From an uncultured Chloroflexia bacterium (GTDB lineage: Bacteria > Chloroflexota > Dehalococcoidia > DSTF01 > JALHUB01), in contig OY969814.1 of assembly GCA_963703345.1 (NCBI GenBank), positions 2,025,462 to 2,089,461 of the forward strand: a DNA stretch of 64,000 nt, in the 5' to 3' direction. The notes beneath the pieces were generated by a model. That model made no database searches, had not been told where the DNA came from, and was given only the letters and a program-made list of their open reading frames with translations. Within the stretch, counting starts at the first letter, position 1; each line of letters begins with the position of its first letter. The translations under genes were made by a program, and so were the position numbers. Below, in pieces: positions 37,977-46,604 of this stretch.

Positions 37977-39082
37977 GCGTCGCGGGAGGTCGCAGGCTCA
38001 GGCTGGGCGTCATCTTCGGCGGGCGCAGCGGTGAGCATGAGGTGTCGGTGGTGTCAGCGCAGCATGTGATGGCGGCGGTCGACCGCAGCCGCTTCGAAGT
38101 CGTGCCGATCGGCGTGACGAAGGGCGGCGCCTGGCTGACGCCGGAGGAGACGCAGGCGCAGATGGACGCCCCGGCGGCTCCCTTCAAGAAAACGCTCGTC
38201 GACGAGAGCGCCGCGCGAGGCGGCAGGCGGGTCGAAGGGCTGCTGGGACGGCCGCAGGCGCTGTCGGTGCTGTCGGAGATAGACGTGGCGTTTCCGCTGG
38301 TCCACGGGCCAAGCGGCGAGGACGGGACACTGCAAGGGCTGCTGGAGCTGGCGCGCGTGCCTTACGCCGGCGCCGGCGTGGCGGCAAGCGCGGCCGGGCT
38401 GGACAAGGCGCTGATGAAGGCGCTTCTCCGCGACGCCGGGCTGCCGGTCATCGACTGGCTGGTGATAACGCACTCGCAGTGGGCCAACAACGCGGCAGGA
38501 CTGACATCGAGCGTTGAGACGGAGCTTGGCTATCCCTGCTTCGTCAAGCCGGCGAACGGCGGCAGCAGCGTGGGCATCACGAAGGCGCACTCCCGCGAAG
38601 AGTTGGTCAACGGCGTGGCGCAAGCGTTCCGCTTCGACCGCAAGCTCATCGTCGAGAAGGGCGTGGAGCCGCGGGAGATCGAGTGCGCGGTGCTCGGCAA
38701 CGACGCGCCGGAGGCGTCGCCGCTGGGGGAGATCGTCTGCGAGCGCGAGTTCTACGACTACGAGGCGAAGTACCTCGACTCGTCGACGACGCTGTCGATA
38801 CCGGCGGAGCTGCCGGAAGAGAGGTCGTCCCAGATACGGGCGCTGGCCCTCGACGCCTACCGCGCCATCGACTGCTGCAGCATGGCGCGCATCGACTTCT
38901 TCCTCACGCCCGAGGGCGAGGTCTTCGTCGATGAGCTGAACACGATACCGGGCTTTACACCGGGCAGCATGTACCCGCGGCTCTGGCAGGTCGCCGGACT
39001 GTCGTACCCCGAACTGATAAGCCGCCTCGTCGATCTGGGACTGGAGCGTTTCGAAGAGAGGGAGCGTCTTGCGCAAGGATAG
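37973..39082 (+). CDS. ddl: D-alanine--D-alanine ligase
   Basis: ATP-grasp with FGGRSGEHEVS, HGPSGEDG, FVKPANGGSSVG motifs; GTG start overlapping murB stop. Confidence 0.9.
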   Translation: MSVAGGRRLRLGVIFGGRSGEHEVSVVSAQHVMAAVDRSRFEVVPIGVTKGGAWLTPEETQAQMDAPAAPFKKTLVDESAARGGRRVEGLLGRPQALSVLSEIDVAFPLVHGPSGEDGTLQGLLELARVPYAGAGVAASAAGLDKALMKALLRDAGLPVIDWLVITHSQWANNAAGLTSSVETELGYPCFVKPANGGSSVGITKAHSREELVNGVAQAFRFDRKLIVEKGVEPREIECAVLGNDAPEASPLGEIVCEREFYDYEAKYLDSSTTLSIPAELPEERSSQIRALALDAYRAIDCCSMARIDFFLTPEGEVFVDELNTIPGFTPGSMYPRLWQVAGLSYPELISRLVDLGLERFEERERLAQG

Positions 39083-39830
39083 TCGCAGGCAAACGGGGCG
39101 CCGGGATGCGCCGCGGCTCGGGGAGCGAATAAAGCGCGGCCTGAAGCGTCTGACGCTGCTGGCGATGCTCGTCGGGATCGTGGGCGCCGGCTGGCTGGTC
39201 TACCAGTCGCCGCTGTTCCAGGTCAGGACGGTCTCTGTGAACGGGGCCGAGACGCTGGACCCCACGCTGCTGGCGAGTGTCTCCGGCCTCCAGGGGCAGA
39301 ACATCCTCCAGGTGGACACGGAAGCGGCGAAGCAGCGCCTGCTTGCCTTGCCGATGGTGGCGAGCGTGTCGGTGGAGAGGCAGTGGCCCGGCAAGATGGT
39401 GCTGAACGTGCAGGAGCGCCACGCCTGGGGCTACTGGCAGATCAAGGACCAGCCGTACGTCATTGACGACCAGGGCGTGGTTCTCGATGACGCGCGACCG
39501 GACGATGGCGCGCCGACGATCGTCGAAGTGGACAGCGAGCGTCGGCTGGCGCCCGGCGACAGGGTGGATGCCGACGCCGTCGCGCTTTCGAAACAACTCA
39601 TCGACGCAGCGCCGCGGGCGTTGCAGCGAAACGTCACCGGCCTGGAGTACAGCGATCACAGCGGGCTCACCGCGTCGTTCGAAGGCGGATTGCGCGCGAC
39701 GTTCGGGGACAGCCGCGATCTCGATTACAAGCTCAGCGTCCTGTACGTGCTGCTGGACAAGGCGCAAACGCAGGGCCTGGCGGTGAACAGCGTCGACCTG
39801 CGTTTCGGCGAGACGGTGTCGTTCCAGTAG
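39069..39830 (+). CDS. ftsQ: cell division protein FtsQ (POTRA domain)
   Basis: N-terminal TM helix then POTRA-like FQVRTVSVNGAETLDP; TTG start with GAGGGAG RBS. Confidence 0.75.
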   Translation: MRKDSRRQTGRRDAPRLGERIKRGLKRLTLLAMLVGIVGAGWLVYQSPLFQVRTVSVNGAETLDPTLLASVSGLQGQNILQVDTEAAKQRLLALPMVASVSVERQWPGKMVLNVQERHAWGYWQIKDQPYVIDDQGVVLDDARPDDGAPTIVEVDSERRLAPGDRVDADAVALSKQLIDAAPRALQRNVTGLEYSDHSGLTASFEGGLRATFGDSRDLDYKLSVLYVLLDKAQTQGLAVNSVDLRFGETVSFQ

Positions 39831-39888
39831 CGGCGACTGAAGAGAGGGCGACATCGCGGGAGCGGCGCCCAGGGAAGGAGGAACCAAG

Positions 39889-41130
39889 GTGAGAGCGGAT
39901 ACCTTCGCCTCAGTTGACGTCGGGACAACGAAGGTCTGCACCGCCGTCGCGGAGGTCGGCGACGACCAGGCGATACGCATTCTCGGCGTCGGCGTCGCGC
40001 TGGCCGGCGGCTTCAGTCGCGGCATGGTAGACAACATCGCCGAGGCGACGCAATCGATCCGCGACTCCGTCGACAAGGCGGAGCGCTCCGCCGGCACGCG
40101 CATACTCTCGGCGCACGTCGGCATCACCGGCTCGCACATCCAGTCGCTGAACAACCGCGGGATCGCTGCCATTGCCGACCGCAACCACCCCATAGGCAGC
40201 GACGACGTGGAGCGCGTGCTGGAAGGGGCGCGCGTCATCAACATCCCGTCCAACCGCGAGGTGCTGCACGCCGTGCCGCGCTACTACGTCGTCGACGGGC
40301 AGGACAGCGTGAGCGACCCGCTGGGAATGCACGGCCAGCGCCTGGACGTGGAGACGCACATCGTCACCGCTTCGACGAGCGCGATGCAGAACCTGACGAA
40401 GTGCGTCGAGGGCGCCGGTGTCGAGGTGGAGAGCCTGATCCTGGAGCCGCTGGCCAGCGGCGAGGCGGTGCTGGAGGAGGAGGAGCGCAAGCAGGGAGTC
40501 ATTGTCGTCGATATCGGCGGGGGAACGACCGGGATAGCAGTCTACCTGGACGGCAGCGTCTTCCACACGTCGGTGCTGCCGGTCGGCGGCAACCACCTGA
40601 CGCGCGACCTGGTCGCCGGGCTGCGCTGCCCCTACGTCGTCGCCGAGGAGGCGAAGGCGAAGTTCGGGCACGCCATCCCGAGCATGGTGGACGCCGGCGA
40701 GAGCGTCGACCTGGATTGCTTCGGGGCGGAGCGCCAGAAGAGCGTGCCGCGGCGCCGGCTATGCGAGATCATCCAGGCGCGCTGCGAAGAGATCCTGGAG
40801 ATGGTGATGAGCGAGGTGAAACGCAACGTGCACGACGACATTCTGTCGGCGGGCATTGTGCTGACCGGCGGCACGGCGAAGCTGCGCGGCCTCGACGTCC
40901 TCGCCGAGCAGGTGACGGGCCTGCCGGCGCGTATCGGCGTTCCCCGTTATCTCCAGGGGCTCTCGGAGACGCTGGCCGACCCAGCCTACGCCACGAGCGT
41001 CGGGCTGCTGCAATGGGCGCTCAAGGAGAACGGCATGCTCTACGGGGGCCAGCGCCTGGGGCCGAGCTTGGCCTTCGGCGGGCTATGGCGTCGGGTGAGC
41101 CAGTGGATGCGCGTGCTCATGCCTGAGTAA
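39889..41130 (+). CDS. ftsA: cell division protein FtsA
   Basis: Actin-fold ATPase: VDVGTTKVCTAV, VVDIGGGTTGIAV, LTGGTAKLRGL. Confidence 0.9.
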   Translation: MRADTFASVDVGTTKVCTAVAEVGDDQAIRILGVGVALAGGFSRGMVDNIAEATQSIRDSVDKAERSAGTRILSAHVGITGSHIQSLNNRGIAAIADRNHPIGSDDVERVLEGARVINIPSNREVLHAVPRYYVVDGQDSVSDPLGMHGQRLDVETHIVTASTSAMQNLTKCVEGAGVEVESLILEPLASGEAVLEEEERKQGVIVVDIGGGTTGIAVYLDGSVFHTSVLPVGGNHLTRDLVAGLRCPYVVAEEAKAKFGHAIPSMVDAGESVDLDCFGAERQKSVPRRRLCEIIQARCEEILEMVMSEVKRNVHDDILSAGIVLTGGTAKLRGLDVLAEQVTGLPARIGVPRYLQGLSETLADPAYATSVGLLQWALKENGMLYGGQRLGPSLAFGGLWRRVSQWMRVLMPE

Positions 41131-41168
41131 GGCATTCGATTCGACGGAACCAGCGAAAGGAGGCGACA

Positions 41169-42254
41169 GTGACCACAAGAGAGGACCTGGACAAGCTTCC
41201 CCCGATCAAGGTGATGGGTGTCGGCGGCGGCGGCGGCAACGCGCTCAGCCGGATGATGGCGGACAAGATCCCGGGCGTGCAACTGGTGGCCGTGAACACG
41301 GACTCGCAGGCGCTGGCGCACACGGACGCCCACGTCAAGATCCGCATCGGCGACCGGCTGACGAAAGGGCTGGGCGTCGGCGGCGACCCGAACAAGGGCC
41401 TGCGGGCCGCCGAGGAGAGCCGTGAGGAGCTCTTCGACGCCGTCAAAGGGGCGGAGATGGTCTTCATCACCGCGGGCATGGGCGGCGGCACCGGCACCGG
41501 CGCGTCGGCGATCGTCGGCGAGGTGGCGCGCGAGGCCGGTGCTCTGACCATCGGAGTCGTCACCAAGCCGTTCTCCTTCGAAGGGGCGAAGCGTCGCATG
41601 CAGGCGGAGGACGGCATCGAGCACCTGCGGGACAAAGTGGACACGCTCATCGTCATACCAAACGACCGCCTCCTTGCCGTTTGCACTCCCGACGTGTCCG
41701 TTCCCGAGGCCTTCCGTGTTGGCGACGAGGTGCTCAGGCAATCGATACAGGGCATCTCGGAGATCATCACCGTGCCCGGCGACATCAACCTCGACTTCGC
41801 CGACGTGCGCAAGATCATGGGCGAAGCCGGACAAGCGCTGCTCGCCATCGGGCGGGCCAGCGGCGAAAACCGCGCCGTCGAGGCCGCGCGGGCGGCGATC
41901 AGGAGCCCTCTGCTGGACACGAGCATCGAAGGCGCGAAGGGCGTGTTGTTCAACGTTACCGGCTCGCGCAGCATCGGACTGCACGAGATGAACGCCGCCG
42001 CGCAGGTCATCGCGGAGATAGTGGACCCGGACGCGGAGATCATCTTCGGCACGGCCACGGATCCGGACCTGGGCGACGAGATAAAGGTGACCGTTATCGC
42101 CACGGGGTTCCAGCCGGCTCAGACCCTGGAACAGGGGCTGGAGGAAGTGCTAGGCCGAGAGCACAGGCTGCGGCCGCTCCGGGTGGAGAACCTGCGGAAC
42201 GTGGGCGATACGGACCTGCCGACCTTCCTGCGTCGCACCGTCTCGTTGCGGTGA
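41169..42254 (+). CDS. ftsZ: cell division protein FtsZ
   Basis: GVGGGGGNA, AGMGGGTGTGA tubulin signature; GTG start after GAAAGGAGG. Confidence 0.95.
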   Translation: MTTREDLDKLPPIKVMGVGGGGGNALSRMMADKIPGVQLVAVNTDSQALAHTDAHVKIRIGDRLTKGLGVGGDPNKGLRAAEESREELFDAVKGAEMVFITAGMGGGTGTGASAIVGEVAREAGALTIGVVTKPFSFEGAKRRMQAEDGIEHLRDKVDTLIVIPNDRLLAVCTPDVSVPEAFRVGDEVLRQSIQGISEIITVPGDINLDFADVRKIMGEAGQALLAIGRASGENRAVEAARAAIRSPLLDTSIEGAKGVLFNVTGSRSIGLHEMNAAAQVIAEIVDPDAEIIFGTATDPDLGDEIKVTVIATGFQPAQTLEQGLEEVLGREHRLRPLRVENLRNVGDTDLPTFLRRTVSLR

Positions 42255-42361
42255 GGCGCTAGAGGGAAATATCAAATGAAAGGAGGGGTTCTGTCTAGCC
42301 GAGCAACCACGAGCCCCGGCGGAACGGGGATTTGAAGGTTGCCTCTCGGATGAGGCAATCG

Positions 42362-42405
42362 GTCGCGGTCGGTGATAGGGAGATGCGCCGACCGCGACCA
42401 TTTTT
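42362..42405 (+). terminator. Rho-independent terminator downstream of ftsZ
   Basis: 11-bp perfect stem GTCGCGGTCGG/CCGACCGCGAC with 15-nt loop followed by CATTTTT. Confidence 0.55.
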
Positions 42406-42570
42406 GTCGATGGCGGCCGTCGCGGGCGCGCCGCTGCCTGCCCGCCTATGGAGGGTTCGCCCCTACGACGTCGCCGAAACGCAGTCGTCCTGGTTATGTT
42501 CAGGAGGCAATGAATTCACTTTTCGGGCGGCGGAATCGCGGAGGCTTGACAGAAGACGGCGCACAACTTG

Positions 42571-42616
42571 ACCACAATATGTTGGGTTTACCTCTTGACA
42601 ACCGCTATATGTTGTG
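42571..42616 (+). promoter_or_regulatory. Two NrdR-box-like palindromes overlapping the nrdR promoter (TTGACA-17 nt-CAAAAT)
   Basis: ACCACAATATGTTGGG and ACAACCGCTATATGTTGTG resemble the NrdR consensus acaCwAtATaTwGtgt; the -10 ends 6 nt before ATG, suggesting a leaderless transcript. Confidence 0.4.
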
Positions 42617-42629
42617 CCAAAATCCGCCC

Positions 42630-43277
42630 ATGCGGTGCCCCTACTGTACGTCTCAAGACACAAGGGTGATCGACTCGCGCGAGACGGACGACGGCATACG
42701 ACGCCGTCGAGAGTGCGCGGCTTGCGGCGAACGCTTCACGACTTATGAGCGTCCGCTGGCGACGGGGCTGCTCGTCGTCAAGAAGGACGGCCGCCGCGAG
42801 GAGTACACGCGCGAGAAGGTGCTGCTGGGCATCCGCAAGGCGTGCGAGAAGCGACCGCTGGCGATGGGGACGCTGGAGGCGGTGGTCGACGAGATAGAGG
42901 CGGTGCTCAACGAGCAGGGACTAGCCGAGGTGTCGAGTCGCGACATCGGCGAGATGGTGATGGGGCACCTGCGGCAATTGGACCAGATAGCCTACATTCG
43001 CTTCGCCAGCGTCTATCACCAGTTCGCCGATCTCGACGACCTGAAGGACGAGGTCGACGCGCTGGAGGCGACGCTGGGGACCGCGGAGGGGACAAGCCAG
43101 CCGCCGCTCATACCGGAAGAGGAGTTGCAAGGCCTGGCCAGGTCGCCGGCCTGGCGGGCCTTTCAATACGGCAAGGGGGCAAAGACTCGTTATCGGCAGA
43201 GGCGGGCCGTCTCGGCGGCCGCCGGCGAGGCGAAAGGAATCGCTTCGTCGTCCGCTCGACGGGGCGGCCCAAGATAA
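42630..43277 (+). CDS. nrdR: transcriptional repressor NrdR (with ~60-aa C-terminal extension)
   Basis: MRCPYCTSQDTRVIDSR...RRRECAACGERFTTYE zinc ribbon plus ATP-cone; upstream in-frame codons judged non-coding. Confidence 0.85.
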   Translation: MRCPYCTSQDTRVIDSRETDDGIRRRRECAACGERFTTYERPLATGLLVVKKDGRREEYTREKVLLGIRKACEKRPLAMGTLEAVVDEIEAVLNEQGLAEVSSRDIGEMVMGHLRQLDQIAYIRFASVYHQFADLDDLKDEVDALEATLGTAEGTSQPPLIPEEELQGLARSPAWRAFQYGKGAKTRYRQRRAVSAAAGEAKGIASSSARRGGPR

Positions 43278-43305
43278 TCAGGCAAAGGAAACACATCTCA
43301 CGAAA

Positions 43306-43611
43306 ATGGAGTCGGAATACGGTCGGGACTACGGTCGGGTGCTGAACGGCGGCGGCGAAGTGCTGGCGACGGGCGCGTTCGAGATCAACAAGGAGCGCTG
43401 CGAGATCGTCTTCCGCCCCGTCGTCGATAGCAGCCTGCTGGACAAAGAGACCGGCCCGCTGATCATGGAGCTGGACGATGGCCGCATGCTGGAGATCGCC
43501 GGCAAGTACCTTCGCTTCCGCCTCCACGGGCCCGACGGGGAGCGCCAGTCAATCTACCGCCTCCGTTACGCTGCGGGGCAGGAGGCCCGCGGCTTCCCCG
43601 TCTCTCGCTAG
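43306..43611 (+). CDS. hypothetical small protein (101 aa)
   Basis: High-GC3, non-repetitive ORF occupying the nrdR-nrdJ spacer on the same strand; weak RBS. Confidence 0.4.
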   Translation: MESEYGRDYGRVLNGGGEVLATGAFEINKERCEIVFRPVVDSSLLDKETGPLIMELDDGRMLEIAGKYLRFRLHGPDGERQSIYRLRYAAGQEARGFPVSR

Positions 43612-43707
43612 AACACTGGCTATAAAGCGCCGCCCGGCGAGGACGGGACGGCGTCATCCGTCTTTAGGAACCCTCCTCGGTTGATTTTTGGAAAGGAACC
43701 AGGGGTC

Positions 43708-46422
43708 ATGACCACGGTCACAGAGGCATCGCCATCAGCGCCGCGGGCGCACCTGCCGATCAGGCGTCTGTTCACGACGCCCGGTCGCCACCCGTACGAC
43801 GAGGTGGAATGGGAGACGCGCACCGCGAGTATCGTCGGCGAGGACGGCAAGGCCGTCTTCGAGCAGCACGACGTGGAGGTGCCGAAGGATTGGTCGCAGC
43901 GGGCGACGAACGTGGTCGCCTCGAAGTACTTCCGCGGGCCCCTGAGCGCCGACGCCGTCGTTCACCACGAGCGCGGCGAGATCAAGCGCGAGCGTAGCGT
44001 GCGCGAGCTCATCGACCGCGTCGCCGGCACGATAACGGCCTGGGGCGTCAAAGACGGCTACTTCGCGGACGGCGACGAGGCGGACAGCTTCGCGGCGGAG
44101 CTCGTTCACGTCATCCTCAACCAGAAGGCGACCTTCAACAGCCCCGTCTGGTTCAACGTCGGCGTGGAGGAAGCGCCGCAGTGCTCCGCCTGCTTCATCC
44201 TCTCCGTCGACGACACGATGGACTCGATCCTCGACTGGTGCCGGACGGAAGGCATGATCTTCAAGGGCGGCTCGGGCTCCGGCGTCAACCTGTCGCGGTT
44301 GCGCTCGTCGCGGGAGCCGCTGTCGACGGGCGGACTCGCTTCCGGGCCGGTGTCGTTCATGCGCGGCGCCGACGCCATCGCCGGCTCCATCAAGTCGGGC
44401 GGAAAGACGCGGCGGGCGGCCAAGATGGTCATCCTCAACGCCGACCACCCGGACATCGTCGAGTTCGTCGAATGCAAGGCGAAGGAGGAGCGGAAGGCGT
44501 ACGCGCTGGGCGAGGCGGGCTACGACCTGTCGCTGGACGGCGAGGCGTGGACCTCGATCCAATTCCAGAACGCCAACAACTCCGTGCGCGTGACGGATGA
44601 GTTCATGCGGGCGGCGACGTCGGATGGGCAGTGGTCTTTGCGCGCGGTGACTACGGGCGAGACGGTGGAGGCGCTGCCGGCCCGCGACCTGCTGCGCAAG
44701 ATCGCGGAGGCGGCCTGGCAGTGCGGCGACCCCGGGATGCAGTTCGACACGACGATCAACGACTGGCACACTTGCCCGGAGAGCGGCCGCATCAACGCCT
44801 CGAACCCCTGCTCCGAGTATATGCACCTCGACAACTCCGCCTGCAATCTGGCGTCGCTCAACCTGATGAAGTTCGTCGATGACGAGGGCGAGTTCGACGT
44901 GGAGTCGTTCCGGCAGGCGGTGACGGTAATGATCACGGCGCAGGAGATCATCGTCGGCAACGCCGGCTACCCGACGGAGCTCATCGGTGAGAACGCCAAC
45001 AAGTATCGAGCGCTGGGGCTCGGCTACGCCAACCTCGGCGCGCTGCTCATGTCGCGCGGCCTCCCCTACGATTCGGACGCCGGACGCGCTTATGCCGCCG
45101 CGGTCACCGCCCTCATGACCGGCTACGCCTACGCGGCGTCCGCCCTGCTGGCGGCGCTCAAGGGCCCGTTCGCCGAGTTCGAGCGGAACCGCGCGCCGAT
45201 GCTCGGCGTCGTCGAAAAGCACCGGAACGCGGTGGAGGGGATCGATGCGCCGCTGGTGCCGGAACCGCTGCTGGCGGCAGCGACAGCGGCCTGGGAGGAA
45301 GCGCTTTCGGCGGGGAGAGAGCACGGCTATCGCAACGCGCAGGTCAGCGTCCTGGCACCGACGGGCACCATCGCCTTCATGATGGACTGCGACACTACGG
45401 GCGTGGAGCCGGACATCGCGCTGGTGAGCTATAAGCGGCTGGTCGGCGGCGGCATGATCAAGCTGGTGAACCGCACCGTCCCGCTGGCGCTGCGCAAGCT
45501 CGGCTACGGGCGCGAGCGGATCCAGGAGATCGTGTCTTATGTCGACCAGCAGGGCGTCATCGAAGGGGCGCCGAACCTCTCAGAGGAGCACCTGGCGGTG
45601 TTCGACTGCGCGCTCAAGCCGGCGAAGGGAACGCGCTGCATTGCGCCGTTGGGGCACGTCCGGATGATGGGAGCAATCCAGCCGTTCATCTCCGGCGCGA
45701 TCTCGAAGACCGTGAACCTGCCCAACGAATCGACGGCGGAAGAGGTGATGGAGACGTTCGTGGAAGCGTGGCGCAATGGCGTGAAGGCGATCGCCGTCTA
45801 CCGCGACGGCTCCAAGCGCACGCAGCCGGTGAGCACGGGTCGGGAGAGCGCGGGGCCGGTCGCGAAGCCGGTGCGCCGCCGCCTGCCGGACACGCGCCAC
45901 TCCATCACCCACAAGTTCTCGATAGAGGGGCACGAAGGATACATCACCGTCGGGACGTACGAAGACGGCCCGCCGGGGGAGATCTTCATCACGATGGCGA
46001 AGGAAGGCAGCACGATCTCCGGCATGATGGACGCCTTCGCCACGTCGATATCGCTGACGCTGCAGTACGGTGTGCCGCTGAAGGACCTGGTGAACAAGTT
46101 CGGGCACATGCGCTTCGAGCCGGCGGGCATGACGCAGAACCGCGAGATTCCGGTCGCTCAGTCGGTCGTCGACTACGTGTTCCGCTGGTTGGGCTCGCAG
46201 TTCCTGGGCGAGGAGGAGAAGGCGGAGCTGGGCATTCTCAGCGAGGCGGTGCGGCTGCGACTGGCGGCGGACTACGGGAAGCAAGGAGAGTTCGTCATCA
46301 AGTCGAACGGGCACAACGGGCAGGACGACGCGCCGGTGTGCATGAACTGCGGCTGGATTATGACGCGCAGCGGCACGTGCTATCGCTGCGAGAACTGCGG
46401 GAGCACGAGCGGCTGCTCATAA
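43708..46422 (+). CDS. nrdJ: adenosylcobalamin-dependent ribonucleoside-diphosphate/triphosphate reductase (class II) with C-terminal Cys4 zinc ribbon
   Basis: Class II RNR core (NSPVWFNVG...CSACF; ASNPCSEY active-site region; C-term CMNCGW...CYRCENCG); start at ATG 43708 after GGAAAGGAAC. Confidence 0.85.
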   Translation: MTTVTEASPSAPRAHLPIRRLFTTPGRHPYDEVEWETRTASIVGEDGKAVFEQHDVEVPKDWSQRATNVVASKYFRGPLSADAVVHHERGEIKRERSVRELIDRVAGTITAWGVKDGYFADGDEADSFAAELVHVILNQKATFNSPVWFNVGVEEAPQCSACFILSVDDTMDSILDWCRTEGMIFKGGSGSGVNLSRLRSSREPLSTGGLASGPVSFMRGADAIAGSIKSGGKTRRAAKMVILNADHPDIVEFVECKAKEERKAYALGEAGYDLSLDGEAWTSIQFQNANNSVRVTDEFMRAATSDGQWSLRAVTTGETVEALPARDLLRKIAEAAWQCGDPGMQFDTTINDWHTCPESGRINASNPCSEYMHLDNSACNLASLNLMKFVDDEGEFDVESFRQAVTVMITAQEIIVGNAGYPTELIGENANKYRALGLGYANLGALLMSRGLPYDSDAGRAYAAAVTALMTGYAYAASALLAALKGPFAEFERNRAPMLGVVEKHRNAVEGIDAPLVPEPLLAAATAAWEEALSAGREHGYRNAQVSVLAPTGTIAFMMDCDTTGVEPDIALVSYKRLVGGGMIKLVNRTVPLALRKLGYGRERIQEIVSYVDQQGVIEGAPNLSEEHLAVFDCALKPAKGTRCIAPLGHVRMMGAIQPFISGAISKTVNLPNESTAEEVMETFVEAWRNGVKAIAVYRDGSKRTQPVSTGRESAGPVAKPVRRRLPDTRHSITHKFSIEGHEGYITVGTYEDGPPGEIFITMAKEGSTISGMMDAFATSISLTLQYGVPLKDLVNKFGHMRFEPAGMTQNREIPVAQSVVDYVFRWLGSQFLGEEEKAELGILSEAVRLRLAADYGKQGEFVIKSNGHNGQDDAPVCMNCGWIMTRSGTCYRCENCGSTSGCS

Positions 46423-46604
46423 CGTGTTTGGAAGCTGTCGGCGGACTCCCCCGCCACCAGCCGCCCGGCAGCGATCAAAGTAGTGGCGTCTCTGTGCAAT
46501 CAGGGGCGCCACTCATTATTGGCGCGCAACAGAAGTGATAAACTGGATCCAGCAAGAATCCGGACTGATGGACCCTGGGTAGAGGACGACCCGGAGGTGC
46601 ACTC

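Noticed and set aside
46423-46604. Possible cobalamin riboswitch upstream of the second nrdJ (CCCCGCCACCAG resembles the B12 box CCCGCCACUG)
   Set aside because: The upstream aptamer core (GGUG...AGGGAA...GGUGAAA.UCC) is absent. The required ~100 nt upstream would overlap the nrdJ-1 coding end. B12 riboswitches normally repress B12-independent isozymes, not B12-dependent NrdJ. A Rfam RF00174 scan would settle it.
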